This document shows, in pieces, positions 47,605-58,003 of a stretch of DNA of 64,000 nt (the stretch's first letter is position 1; the number at the start of each line of letters is the position of its first letter). The stretch comes from a phage. Both the position numbers and the translations under genes were made by a program. The notes beneath the pieces were generated by a model. It searched no databases and had not been told where the DNA came from. It saw only the letters and a program-made list of their open reading frames with translations. The stretch is from the sequence record PZ379176.1; one strand, 5' to 3'.

Positions 47605-47931
47605 GAACTGACATGATCACACAATCAGATAAAAATAAACTCTTCGACTTAATCCACGACCTATTAGAAGCTCAGAGCTTTATCGACAATGCCGATACTT
47701 GGGAGATGGAAGCAGCTGGAAAAGCTTTTGATGAAAGTGAAGAGAAACTTACTAATTTTATAAACACAATCTAGGGGGGTTATATGAATGAAGAAGTTGT
47801 TATTCTTGGAAGTAAATCAGATTGGTTCTACGGAGGCATCTCAGGGTGCTTTGAAGATGAACGTCCAGACCTCTGAAGAAAATTGGGATGTATGACGAAT
47901 TTGATGGTTTTTAAAACTTAGAAACAAACAA

Positions 47932-47963
47932 AGCCCCTTCCTTTCGGTTGGGGCTTTTCTTTT
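47932..47963. terminator. bidirectional rho-independent terminator between convergent blocks
   Basis: AGCCCC...GGGGCT hairpin flanked by T-runs on both strands. Confidence 0.6.
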
Positions 47964-47964
47964 A

Positions 47965-50900
47965 TCACTCCTTAGGTCGAACTCTTACACGGAGTCTCGA
48001 TTGACGCTTACTGCGTTCAAGCTTCTCTGACAATGAGCCACGTTTAATCTTCGGCTTCCCTTCGTCATTAAACTTCTCCAAGAACTGCAAGTACTCAGTA
48101 CGATTCGTTGTCTTGTAAGAAGGAATCTTAATATCAGGGTTCTCTTCAATTACACGTCTCATCTTCGCTACATCATCCCTACCAAGCAACTTACTCTTAG
48201 CCTGTTCAGCTGTAGAACCAAAGATCTTCTCCAGTGCTCTGGATTTGTTACCACCTGCGGAAGAAGCACCAAGTTTAGCAATGGCAGAGTAATCATCAGC
48301 ACTAAACCAAGCTACCGGATTATCACCATACTTCTTCTTGTTTTCAGCAGCAGTCTGCAATGCACGTACAAAGCGACGGTTGTTACCAGCCTTATCTGCA
48401 CCATGAACCCTGTCTAAAACTTCAGCCACACTAGCCAACTCATCCAAGCTCTTCCCACTCAAGAAAGCTTTCTCTACTTTATCAGCAAAAACCTCTTCCT
48501 GTTGTTTAATGCTTTCCAAGATATCAGAATTTGCTTGAGATCTTTCATCATCAGGCAGAGCAGAACGAATCTTCTCCATCTCCAACTCTTCCTCTTGCAG
48601 TTTCTTAATATCAGAGTCAACCTTCTGAGCCTCCTCAATAGCCTTCCTAGTATCCGCATCCAAGTTATCAAGTTTACCTTCAGTATCTCCAGTAACCTTA
48701 ACAATCTCTTTCTCGATAGGAGTCATTGATTCGTACTTCTTAGCGAACTTCTCAACATCAGCCTCAATACGAGAGCGAGCATTCTGATGTTCAGTTGGAG
48801 TCATAGGCTTCTCGAGAAGTGCATAACGGTTATCCATATAGGAACCAGCAAACGCTTCAGCATCCTCTCTAGATATGCCCTTATCTTCCATAGTACGCAT
48901 CAGGCGGCGATGAATATCATCACGTTGACGTTGTACTGCCATAAGATCATTCTCACGCTCTTGGGCCGCTTTAAGCTCTTCACTGCGCTTAACTCTCTTG
49001 TCCACATCAAACTTGCGGTTCATCTCTTCCGCTTGCTCATACATCTTGTTCCACTTAGCCTGACGAGCATCTTCCTCTGCATCAGTTAAACGACGCTGAC
49101 GATCAAGGTAGTCTGACTCGGCGTTATGGATACGTTCAATGTAACTACGGAACTTCTCTGGAGGAACTGGAGAGTTCTTATCGTGGTGAGCAGCCAACTG
49201 TTTCAGTGTACGAGATTCCTGAGCCTCACGAACAGGTTTAGGTAAACCTTCCATCATCTTCTCAATCTCACTCTTCTGAGCTGCAATAGCCTCTAGAGTT
49301 TTACGTTCATTCTCAACAGCAGCTTTAGCATCCGAACGAGCCTGAGCCTTTTTCCTGAGTGTAGCAAGACGTTCTTCACGAGCCTGTAAATGCTTAGCAG
49401 CAGCTTCGTACTGAGAGTTCTTGTTAGCTTTGTTGAAGGCATTCACTTCTCTGTTATAGGTGTTAATAAACCCATCCCAAATATCCTTCATCTGACCAAC
49501 TTCCAAAGCCTCTTCCCTACCAGCCTTCTCTGAAGATTTAAACTTTCCATCTACAAAGTCATTCATCAATTTACGCATAGCGTCTTTCTGAGCAGGACGT
49601 AAAGGTTCTGCATCAATCAAAGTATCAATCTCAGACTGAAGCTCTTTCTTCTGGTCAACCAGCTTAGGAGCATTCTTGTTATCGAAAGCTTTATTCTCTT
49701 CTAGAGCTTGTTGGTACAGTCTATCAAACTCATCTTCACGCTGCTTCTGATACAACCTTTCAGCACGACGTTTCAGACTATCCAAGTTAGTTACGTTCCC
49801 ACCTAAACCTTTCTCTTCAGCACGTAATGCCTTAGTAGCAATGTCTTCTGGCAGACCACGTTCTTTAACCCATTCAGCAAAGTTAGTTCGTACAGTGTTG
49901 TTCTTAGCAGTAGCAATACCTTGCTGAGAAGCCAGCTGGTTACGAGCCATTTCTTCATGACGTTCAGTGTTGATAGCATTATCTTCCTGACGAATACGAC
50001 GCATCAGTTCCTTAGGATCACCTTTATAGGCCAAGAAGTTTTCAGCAGTAGCTTTAGCTTTAGCAGCCTTAGAGTACAGAGAACGAGCAAAACGTTCTGC
50101 ACGATCTTTAGTAGCCTGACGAGCAGCACTAGACATAGCAGCTAAACGTTCTACACCACTTGCCGGTTTAACGTCCTGTACAGCTTCCTTAGGAGCTTTA
50201 GGAGCACGAGCAGGTAATGGCTCAGCTTTGACTGTTGGTTCCTCTACGGTTGGTTCTGGAGCCTGTGCGGCCTCTTCTTGAGCACGTTGCTGTTCCATTG
50301 CACGACGCTCCTCTAGAGGGTTACGAGCAGGGAGAGGTTCAGCCTGTGGAGTTTGTTCGACCGGAGCTTCTTGAGCAGCCAATGCCTCTTCTTCAGCGCG
50401 ACGCTGTTCAGCCTGACGGATAGCGCGTCTTTGCGCAACTAAATCACGAGCTGTAAGAGGAGTTTCTTGAGGAGCAGAAGAAGGAAGATTTTCTTCCGTC
50501 ACAGTACTAGAAGAAGGCTCCCGAACCGGTTCGGTTTCCACGTCATTTTGCGTCTTAAATTTAATGTCATCAACAACTGGTTCTTCTTCCATTTTAGCAC
50601 GAGCTTCATCAGCAGTAGATTTAGCACGAGCAACTTCCAAATCACCACGAGCAAGAGAGCGGATAGCTTCGCTGTTAGATTCTTGTTGCTTAACACGTTG
50701 AGAGCGAGCACGCTGAGAAGAGAAGCGATTCAGAGCATACTTAGCAGCACCAAGAGTGTTCATTACCAGACTAGGTGAAGAAGCCTCACGGAATCCATCA
50801 TCAGTCAGGGAAGTCCAACCACGGTCTTGATTGCTCATGAACTTAGCTGTATTGTTCAGAGTGTAAGCATCTTGAATAGGATTAAAACCTTCAGGCATAC

Positions 50901-52386
50901 CTTTCAGTTTCTTCAACCCACCAATAGCTTTCTTCATCTCTGGAGAAACATTATCAGCCATCTTCTGTAGTTCAGCAGCTTTCTCTACAAAGTTGTTAAA
51001 GTCTTCACCATCACGAGCTTTGAATCGATTTGCTTCATTATAGAAAGTCTTGTAAGCATCAATGAAGTCACGGTCGGCTTGTGTACGATTCTTAATATCA
51101 ATCGGACTACCAGTAAAATCACCAGAAGCTCGGAGAGAGGTTAATTCACGGTCTAGATTATCTAGAACATCTGTAAGAGCTTTCGTGTTGTCTTTGGTGT
51201 AGTCAGCCATTGCATCCTTCATAGCAACAGCCTGCTTCTGGTTGTGCTCGTTATCAGCGAATGCTTTACCACGAGTCTTAGCAGGAGAAGCTAAAGGGTT
51301 GAGGCCCGGAATGTTGGAATGTTCTTTCTGAACGGAAGCAGCTTTCTCAGCACGAGCTTGGTCAGTATTAAGAATACGCTGAGCGGCAGGAGAATCTACA
51401 GCAACAGCATCTGTAATACGGAATCCATTCTCATCCAGAAGGTTCAGAGCAGAAGCAGCGTTAGCAGTTTCAGCTTTAGAGTAAGCTTCTTTCAATTCAT
51501 CAATATTCTTAGCACTACGAATCAGTTCATCATCAGCAGCAATATCGGTCTTCGCATACTCTGGAGTGTTCTTGAAGACAGCAGAATCCGGACGGCTAAT
51601 CAAACCATGAACCCCACCAACTGCACCACCGAATGCAGCACCCATAGCACCTTCTTCGATAGCACCCTCTAATACATTAGCAAAGGTTGTATCATCTCCA
51701 TGCTTGTTCTGAGCTTCAGCAGCACCTACAAGAGCACCACCTTTAGCACCAGCCACTGCGTTAGTAGCAACGTTCTGACCAATACGTCCAAGTGTGGACT
51801 CAGCTGTACCAACAGCGCCCGGAAGGATTCTCTGAGCCGCATAGTTAGCACCACCAACCAAGGCTGCATCTAGAATAGATTTATCTTCCCCCTCTTCAGG
51901 GGTTTGGTCTGCATATGCACGACCTGTCTCACGACCTGCGATGATAGCAGCAGCAGCCAATGGGTTAGCAACAGTCATACCAATATCACCAGCAACGCCA
52001 GCATACTGACCTACAGTTTTACCAATCCCATCCTCAATCTTATCCATACGTTCTTTCAGAAGATTCTGAGAGTTCTCTTGGATACGCTTACCATAACTAG
52101 TTTGTGCTCCAGCTAGATTCTCACCAATCTCAACTAAACCACCAATACCTTTAGCAGCACTAGCTGCAATATTTGCACCACCAGATTGAAGAGCATTTGA
52201 CACACCTTGAGCAAACTCACCTATAGCACCACGTTCTTCTTGTTGTGGTTGTGCTACTGGCTGTTCCTCAGGAATAGAGCCACCTGCTGCCTTATATTGT
52301 TCTCTCATTTGAGCTTGTTGCTCCGGAGAGGCATTCAGATACGCAGGAGCTTTGGAAGCTTCTTCCCACGGTTTAATGTTAGCCAT
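47965..52386 (-). CDS. large internal virion (core/ejection-type) protein, about 1470 aa
   Basis: Gly/Ala-rich hydrophobic N-terminal segments then long Ala/Glu/Lys/Arg coiled-coil; likely start ATG 52386 with SD AGGAG. Confidence 0.55.
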   Translation of the reverse strand: MANIKPWEEASKAPAYLNASPEQQAQMREQYKAAGGSIPEEQPVAQPQQEERGAIGEFAQGVSNALQSGGANIAASAAKGIGGLVEIGENLAGAQTSYGKRIQENSQNLLKERMDKIEDGIGKTVGQYAGVAGDIGMTVANPLAAAAIIAGRETGRAYADQTPEEGEDKSILDAALVGGANYAAQRILPGAVGTAESTLGRIGQNVATNAVAGAKGGALVGAAEAQNKHGDDTTFANVLEGAIEEGAMGAAFGGAVGGVHGLISRPDSAVFKNTPEYAKTDIAADDELIRSAKNIDELKEAYSKAETANAASALNLLDENGFRITDAVAVDSPAAQRILNTDQARAEKAASVQKEHSNIPGLNPLASPAKTRGKAFADNEHNQKQAVAMKDAMADYTKDNTKALTDVLDNLDRELTSLRASGDFTGSPIDIKNRTQADRDFIDAYKTFYNEANRFKARDGEDFNNFVEKAAELQKMADNVSPEMKKAIGGLKKLKGMPEGFNPIQDAYTLNNTAKFMSNQDRGWTSLTDDGFREASSPSLVMNTLGAAKYALNRFSSQRARSQRVKQQESNSEAIRSLARGDLEVARAKSTADEARAKMEEEPVVDDIKFKTQNDVETEPVREPSSSTVTEENLPSSAPQETPLTARDLVAQRRAIRQAEQRRAEEEALAAQEAPVEQTPQAEPLPARNPLEERRAMEQQRAQEEAAQAPEPTVEEPTVKAEPLPARAPKAPKEAVQDVKPASGVERLAAMSSAARQATKDRAERFARSLYSKAAKAKATAENFLAYKGDPKELMRRIRQEDNAINTERHEEMARNQLASQQGIATAKNNTVRTNFAEWVKERGLPEDIATKALRAEEKGLGGNVTNLDSLKRRAERLYQKQREDEFDRLYQQALEENKAFDNKNAPKLVDQKKELQSEIDTLIDAEPLRPAQKDAMRKLMNDFVDGKFKSSEKAGREEALEVGQMKDIWDGFINTYNREVNAFNKANKNSQYEAAAKHLQAREERLATLRKKAQARSDAKAAVENERKTLEAIAAQKSEIEKMMEGLPKPVREAQESRTLKQLAAHHDKNSPVPPEKFRSYIERIHNAESDYLDRQRRLTDAEEDARQAKWNKMYEQAEEMNRKFDVDKRVKRSEELKAAQERENDLMAVQRQRDDIHRRLMRTMEDKGISREDAEAFAGSYMDNRYALLEKPMTPTEHQNARSRIEADVEKFAKKYESMTPIEKEIVKVTGDTEGKLDNLDADTRKAIEEAQKVDSDIKKLQEEELEMEKIRSALPDDERSQANSDILESIKQQEEVFADKVEKAFLSGKSLDELASVAEVLDRVHGADKAGNNRRFVRALQTAAENKKKYGDNPVAWFSADDYSAIAKLGASSAGGNKSRALEKIFGSTAEQAKSKLLGRDDVAKMRRVIEENPDIKIPSYKTTNRTEYLQFLEKFNDEGKPKIKRGSLSEKLERSKRQSRLRVRVRPKE

Positions 52387-52424
52387 AACGTCTCCTTTTA
52401 TAAATAAAAATGTCCTACCCCCTA

Positions 52425-52433
52425 TATACATTA
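52425..52433 (-). promoter_or_regulatory. TAATGTATA motif on minus strand (candidate late promoter element)
   Basis: TATACATTA on plus strand, about 40 nt upstream of ATG 52386. Confidence 0.4.
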
Positions 52434-52453
52434 TAGAAGGCAGGACTTAGGTC

Positions 52454-54109
52454 TTATTGAGTGAACCAGCTCGTATCTTCAACAGCTGATAGAGCACCAT
52501 TAAGCTTAGGATTGGTTGCTGCACCACCAACCGCTTCTTCTGCTTGTTCAGAGAAAACACCTAGAGGGTCATAGAAACCACCAGAAGGGATTGCACGGTT
52601 GACCAATGCAGTAGCTCTCTTCTTATCCATACCAGAACCAATGTAAGCTTCAATCGTAGCTCTCTTAGCATCAGCAACACCTTTCATTGCAGAGGTATGA
52701 CCAACGTTAGCTTGCTTACGAGCATAAGCAAGAGCAGAATCAGTAGGACGCCATCCAGACTTCAGTGCAAACTTGTTGCCAACACGAACGAAGATTGACG
52801 GGTCTTCTGCAAAGTGCCCCAAGTCTTCTTCGGTAAGAGAACGAGTAGCACCGATTTCAGCCCTTGCGGAGTTCATGATAGCTTGCATGTAAGCAGAACG
52901 AGCTGTCTGATAGTCTTTATCCTTAACAGCCTTATCAGCCAAATCCAAGTCTTTATTAGACTGGTTAAACAGGCCACCTTTCTCTGCCCACTGCTTAGCA
53001 ACCGTACCTTCAGCTGTATTCTGAGCAAGACGAACTTCTTTCGGGTTAAAGTTAAAACTCTGAGCAGCTTGTTCAGCACGTTCAGCCTTGACTTGATCAC
53101 GATACCCAATCAACTCTTTCTGACGTTCAAAGTTCATATTAGCCCTTTCTTCAGCAGCACGACGAGTTTCCTCAGCACGCTCACGCATAGTCTGCTCTTG
53201 AATCTGTTGACGTCTATCCCATTCAGCATTTTGTCGTTCTTCACGAGCAGCATACAGCGCTTCTTTCTGAGCAGGGTCTACAGCTCTCATCTTCAGTAGA
53301 GACGGGTCTCCGTTAGCAATAGCAGCTGCAATCGAGTCTTGAGAGAAGCCTTGTTCAATCAGAGCATCACGGTTAGCTTCCAGTTGCTTCTTAGTCTCAT
53401 CTTGATTAGCCATTCCCTGACCAATCTGGAAAGCTTCAATAGGAGACTTACCTGACATAATGGAAAGACCTACACCCATCAAACCTGTGTAGAAACTGGA
53501 GTTTTGGTAGAATGGTTCTTTCTGTAGTTTGTTCCAAGCTTCCGAAGGGTCTTTAGCTTTCGCAACTTGCAAGATATCGTTGTTAACACGTTCCTGATCT
53601 TTAGCACGAGTAGCAGCAGCCATTCCATCACCAGTGTCTTGTCCTTGAGCAAGAGTATTAATCACACCCTGTGCCTGTTCCACCTGAGAAGGAGTAAACT
53701 CCATAGGACCAGCTTCTAGTGGTTTAGGAGGAGGTGTTACCGGAAGAGGGCCACTAGGCATAAGCCCAGCATCCTGTAAACCTTGATCAGTGGATAGGTT
53801 AGGATTAGCTGATACAGGGGCCGGTGCTCCAATATCAATACCCTGAAGACTGGTAGGAGTTCCTTGATTCTGCTGTTCCATAAGACGTTGCTGGAATCCC
53901 GGATTAACCATAGCATTCTGATCTTCCTCTGCCTGAGAGACAAGACCCGCAAGAGATGAAGGTACAGCAGGACGTTGATACATAGAAATATCTGCTGTCT
54001 GAGTAGGTCTAGCCATATAAGGAGAGGCCGAAGCCGCTCCCGGATTAACACCATAGAAAGTATTTCTCGGGTCACGACTTCTGACCTGAGCGTAAGTTGT
54101 CTGTTGCAT
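52454..54109 (-). CDS. internal virion protein (551 aa)
   Basis: ORF track; Pro/Gln-rich N-part, charged helical centre. Confidence 0.5.
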   Translation of the reverse strand: MQQTTYAQVRSRDPRNTFYGVNPGAASASPYMARPTQTADISMYQRPAVPSSLAGLVSQAEEDQNAMVNPGFQQRLMEQQNQGTPTSLQGIDIGAPAPVSANPNLSTDQGLQDAGLMPSGPLPVTPPPKPLEAGPMEFTPSQVEQAQGVINTLAQGQDTGDGMAAATRAKDQERVNNDILQVAKAKDPSEAWNKLQKEPFYQNSSFYTGLMGVGLSIMSGKSPIEAFQIGQGMANQDETKKQLEANRDALIEQGFSQDSIAAAIANGDPSLLKMRAVDPAQKEALYAAREERQNAEWDRRQQIQEQTMRERAEETRRAAEERANMNFERQKELIGYRDQVKAERAEQAAQSFNFNPKEVRLAQNTAEGTVAKQWAEKGGLFNQSNKDLDLADKAVKDKDYQTARSAYMQAIMNSARAEIGATRSLTEEDLGHFAEDPSIFVRVGNKFALKSGWRPTDSALAYARKQANVGHTSAMKGVADAKRATIEAYIGSGMDKKRATALVNRAIPSGGFYDPLGVFSEQAEEAVGGAATNPKLNGALSAVEDTSWFTQ

Positions 54110-54122
54110 ATTTATCTCCTAA

Positions 54123-55091
54123 TTAAGTACTAGCCAACCCACCGATTACACCCCCAGCTAATGCACCCCAAGGTCCAAAGGAAGAGCCACCTGCTGCACC
54201 ACTCATAGCTCCACCAAGGAAACCACCTTTGCCACCAGATGTTTTAGTAGTTGTAGTTTGTCCGAGAGCACCGTTAAGTACACCTGCTGCACCGAGTTGG
54301 TTATTGATATCTTGCCATCCCCAATTAGCTGCGTTCTGAGCATTCTGGTAGGCATTATCATATTCATTCTGTTGTTGCTGTTGTTGCTGCAACCCTGCAT
54401 TCCATTGATTCATTATTTGCTGTTGAGACAAATTAGCACCCTGCTGACCTAGGTTAGAAAGGTTAGAACCAATATTAGAAAGACCAGAGAGAGCAGCTGC
54501 CTGATTCTGTCTATTACCAGAGAGGATGCTTTCAGCTTGGCTGATAGCCGAGTTATATGCACTATTGGTAATATCTGTTGCTTGCCCTTGCATCTGATTC
54601 AGAGCATCACCTTGGGCAAAAGATTTAGCCATACGAGCACCTGAACCCTGCTGACCAGCATACTGTTGAGCTAACTGAGGAAGAGCATTACGTGCCAAGT
54701 TCTGTTGAACCTGTTCATTATTAGCTGTAATGGCTGCTTGCACAGCGTCATCATCATACAGTTGACCAGCGAGAGCACCAATCTGTTCTCCAGTAATCCC
54801 ACCTTGTCCAGAGAGGCTCTGATAGCCTTTATAGGCATTATCCAGATACCCTAACCCTTGACCTGCTGCATCCATGTATTGCTGTGAGAGAGTGCCCAAA
54901 GCGCCAGATTGTGCTAGGTTATTAAGTGCCTCTGTCTGATTGTTATTAAACCCTACATTGTCACGATAGACATAATCCCCTGAACTAGTATTACCAATCT
55001 GTTGGTTAAGCTGGTCAATATACTGTTGAATGTATTCAGGGCGAATCATTTGGGAAGTAGTTTTACTACCCCCGCCTCCGAAAAGTCCCAT
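54123..55091 (-). CDS. Gln/Asn/Gly-rich low-complexity virion protein (paralog 1)
   Basis: Q/N-rich with QQQQQQQ run and Gly-rich C-terminus; resembles adjacent ORF. Confidence 0.5.
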   Translation of the reverse strand: MGLFGGGGSKTTSQMIRPEYIQQYIDQLNQQIGNTSSGDYVYRDNVGFNNNQTEALNNLAQSGALGTLSQQYMDAAGQGLGYLDNAYKGYQSLSGQGGITGEQIGALAGQLYDDDAVQAAITANNEQVQQNLARNALPQLAQQYAGQQGSGARMAKSFAQGDALNQMQGQATDITNSAYNSAISQAESILSGNRQNQAAALSGLSNIGSNLSNLGQQGANLSQQQIMNQWNAGLQQQQQQQNEYDNAYQNAQNAANWGWQDINNQLGAAGVLNGALGQTTTTKTSGGKGGFLGGAMSGAAGGSSFGPWGALAGGVIGGLAST

Positions 55092-55103
55092 ATCAAATCT
55101 CCT

Positions 55104-56156
55104 TTAGTTTGCTCCAAATGCCCCTAAGACACCACCTAAGATATTACTACCTGCTGTGGATAACCAGTTAGACTGACCTCTCTGTTGAGAAAGATTAGAA
55201 CCACCAATCATAGGACCAGCCATTCCAGATTGCCCACCTGAGTTGTTATAGGAACTCCAAGCATTCTGAGTCTGTTGATTAGGAGAGAAAGCACCCATAC
55301 GACCTGCAATACCTAATCCAGTGATACCAGCACCTAGGAGCTGTTGTCCAGTATTAACCCCCGGAGCAGCATTCTTAATCGTGTACCCAGCCATTGGGCT
55401 TACACTATTTAATACATTAAGTTGGTTGTTAAGCTGATTCCACCCATACTGTTGAGAGCCAATAGCGTTCTGCCAATTAATATCAGCTTGAGCTTGGGCT
55501 TGTTGCTGTTGTAGATTACCAGCCATGAGTTGATTCTGGATAGCTTGTTGAGTTGCCTGAACACCTTGAGCACCAAGATTGAGATTCTGTCCAGCCAATC
55601 CTGACTGAGCACCAAGTAAGCCCCTCTGGAAGTTTTGGTCTTGTTGAAGAGCACTGATTCCCATATTCTTGCCACTGATAGTACGAGCTAAGTTTGTATT
55701 AGCACTGTTCAGAGCAGCACCTTGAGCAGCAGCTCTACGGAGAGAGCCTGAATCAGAACCATTTCCGAGGGATACATTGGAAGCTGCCTTACTAGTCGCT
55801 TGAGCAAGAGCTGAGTTATTCAATCCTTTACTAAAGTTATTAACACCATCAGCAGTTAGACCACCACCATTGACAATATTCTGATACTGCTGTGCAAGAG
55901 AATTTAATTGGTCCAACCCTTGCTGTGTACGAGGCGTGTACATATCAGCCAATTGCTTCTGAGTAGTAGAAGCTGCTAAGTTGTTCAGAGCACCCTGTTG
56001 GTTGCCATTAAACCCAGCCAGTTGTTGGGAGATGAATCCCGGATCGTTGTTCTGCATATTCTGAGCATTAGCAACAATCTGCTTCAGCAGGGCATCAACC
56101 TGAGAGGAAGGGGCCACTGTGGTTTTGCTAGAAGCTGATTTTCCAAATAAAGACAT
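55104..56156 (-). CDS. Gln/Asn/Gly-rich low-complexity virion protein (paralog 2)
   Basis: Similar composition and Gly-rich C-terminus. Confidence 0.5.
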   Translation of the reverse strand: MSLFGKSASSKTTVAPSSQVDALLKQIVANAQNMQNNDPGFISQQLAGFNGNQQGALNNLAASTTQKQLADMYTPRTQQGLDQLNSLAQQYQNIVNGGGLTADGVNNFSKGLNNSALAQATSKAASNVSLGNGSDSGSLRRAAAQGAALNSANTNLARTISGKNMGISALQQDQNFQRGLLGAQSGLAGQNLNLGAQGVQATQQAIQNQLMAGNLQQQQAQAQADINWQNAIGSQQYGWNQLNNQLNVLNSVSPMAGYTIKNAAPGVNTGQQLLGAGITGLGIAGRMGAFSPNQQTQNAWSSYNNSGGQSGMAGPMIGGSNLSQQRGQSNWLSTAGSNILGGVLGAFGAN

Positions 56157-56175
56157 AAGTCCTCCTTAAAGATTA

Positions 56176-56958
56176 TTACTTTACACCAATGCTAGCCAAA
56201 CGTCTGAGCACTGCTTGTGTTTGTGGACTGTACTGAGAACCTGCTGCATGTGGTGCACTTGCCCTCTGAACTGTTTGAGAAGTCGGAGGTTTACCAGCAA
56301 GCATAGCAGCTACACCTAATACTGCATTACCAAAGTTCTGTTGAGGCTTCTGATCTTCCCCTTCCTGCACTTCATCAGAGTAAAACTCTACTGGATTTCC
56401 TCCTAAAGCACCTGTCTTAGAAGCAGTAATGTCTGCCTGAGTTGGAGCTTGTGCGGCTTTCTCTCTATCTAACAAGTCAGGACTAAACTGATTGACTGGT
56501 TGAACAGCTTGCAAAGCTCCAACAGGGTTAGCAATCTGAGAAGCTGCATCACCATAGAAAGGAAGAAAGTGTTTATTGTTCATGGAGTCAAGAGCTTGTG
56601 GAGTAAATCCCTTTTTACCAGCGAACATTTGCTTAGCACCACCGATACCTTCTGAGTAACCAACCATTGCTTTCTTAACATCACCATTAAAAGCCTTTAA
56701 GTTATCTCGAATATAACGAGCACCCATATCAATATTCTTTGCTGGGTCAAGTCTGTCTTCTAGTTTGTAGCCGTAGTCTTTAGCCAACCCTTTACTGATC
56801 TGCATTAAACCTACAGGACCAGTTCCAGAAGCCACTGTAGGACGACCACTAGACTCCCTTTGGATTACAGCATGAATCAAAGCAGCAGGAATCCCATACT
56901 TCTTTGAAGCCTGTTGAACCATTGGGTCTAGTTCTTCAATACCCATCTTAATTGCCAT
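56176..56958 (-). CDS. soluble lytic transglycosylase (SLT) domain protein
   Basis: IHAVIQRESSGRP...GLMQISKGLAKDYGY matches the SLT catalytic-Glu region. Confidence 0.7.
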   Translation of the reverse strand: MAIKMGIEELDPMVQQASKKYGIPAALIHAVIQRESSGRPTVASGTGPVGLMQISKGLAKDYGYKLEDRLDPAKNIDMGARYIRDNLKAFNGDVKKAMVGYSEGIGGAKQMFAGKKGFTPQALDSMNNKHFLPFYGDAASQIANPVGALQAVQPVNQFSPDLLDREKAAQAPTQADITASKTGALGGNPVEFYSDEVQEGEDQKPQQNFGNAVLGVAAMLAGKPPTSQTVQRASAPHAAGSQYSPQTQAVLRRLASIGVK

Positions 56959-56970
56959 AATATCTCCTTG

Positions 56971-58002
56971 TTATAGTCCAGCAAAAACCTTAGCTGCATT
57001 TATTACAGGAACTGATAAATTAACTACAGTATCAGCTCCTAGGTCGTAATTTTGATCCCACTGAAACAGATATCTTCCATAGCCAGTTCCTATGCTAGAG
57101 CCACTCATTGTGTGAGATCTCATTTGCTGATATCTCCACCCACTACCTCGACCTTTTATTGCACCTATTCCAGAAGTAAGAGGTATCATAGGATATGCCA
57201 TACCAGTGTTGCCCCCTCCCGAACCAATAAAATTGTCTACAGTGAAAGGTGTTCTATTAGTAGAGAAGACACATTGAGTTGTCCCAGGAGAATATATGTT
57301 TAACCCACCATTATGCTCAGGAACACCAGCTCCGTTACAGAACACAGCGACTCTAACAAAGACAGAACCACCTTCGTTAGTGTTACCATTGACATAAGGC
57401 CTATTCTGATAGACTCGAATAACCCTATCATCAGATGTGTAAGATAAACCGATCCCTCCATCAGACCAATTAGCAAACACAACAGCATTGGTCATATTGA
57501 ACCCACCAATATTTGGTATCTGAAGGGAGTTGTTTATGGTCCCCTGCCAAGCCCAAATACATTGACCAACAACCCCACTATCAGAGATTGAGAAATAATC
57601 TGCTGTATTTGAGAAAGTGATTCCATAGTTTCTGTCAGCTCTAGGCCATATTTGGTATACGTTGAACCCACAGTCAAATAGTGGGTTACTACCGGGATTC
57701 TGGTTCAGAGTCACCCTAAAAGATGAGTTATTTTCTACATAGATGTTATTTACACAATAAACATCAGGGACTAAGTTAGGAGGGACTTCCCATTGCCAGC
57801 ATAGAGAACCAGTAGGAACAATAACTATCTGACCGCTACCATCCCATCCACTAATAGGGAAAGATCTCCCTGCTCCGTTAAAGTTAAAACTCCCTCTTAT
57901 ACTATTTTTGAACTGAGGGAAAGTGCTTCCACTGTCTATAAAAAGAGGGGCTGGTGTAGCTGGTCCCGGCCCTACTGGTTGTGTCCAAATTCCATATGCC
58001 AT
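56971..58002 (-). CDS. virion structural protein (343 aa)
   Basis: ORF track; Gly/Asn/Ser-rich; position in late block. Confidence 0.5.
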   Translation of the reverse strand: MAYGIWTQPVGPGPATPAPLFIDSGSTFPQFKNSIRGSFNFNGAGRSFPISGWDGSGQIVIVPTGSLCWQWEVPPNLVPDVYCVNNIYVENNSSFRVTLNQNPGSNPLFDCGFNVYQIWPRADRNYGITFSNTADYFSISDSGVVGQCIWAWQGTINNSLQIPNIGGFNMTNAVVFANWSDGGIGLSYTSDDRVIRVYQNRPYVNGNTNEGGSVFVRVAVFCNGAGVPEHNGGLNIYSPGTTQCVFSTNRTPFTVDNFIGSGGGNTGMAYPMIPLTSGIGAIKGRGSGWRYQQMRSHTMSGSSIGTGYGRYLFQWDQNYDLGADTVVNLSVPVINAAKVFAGL

Positions 58003-58003
58003 A

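Noticed and set aside
52814-53299. 161-aa plus-strand ORF, and similar ones, inside the minus-strand late block
   Set aside because: Antisense to long, well-supported virion genes; low-complexity translation; treated as shadow ORFs.
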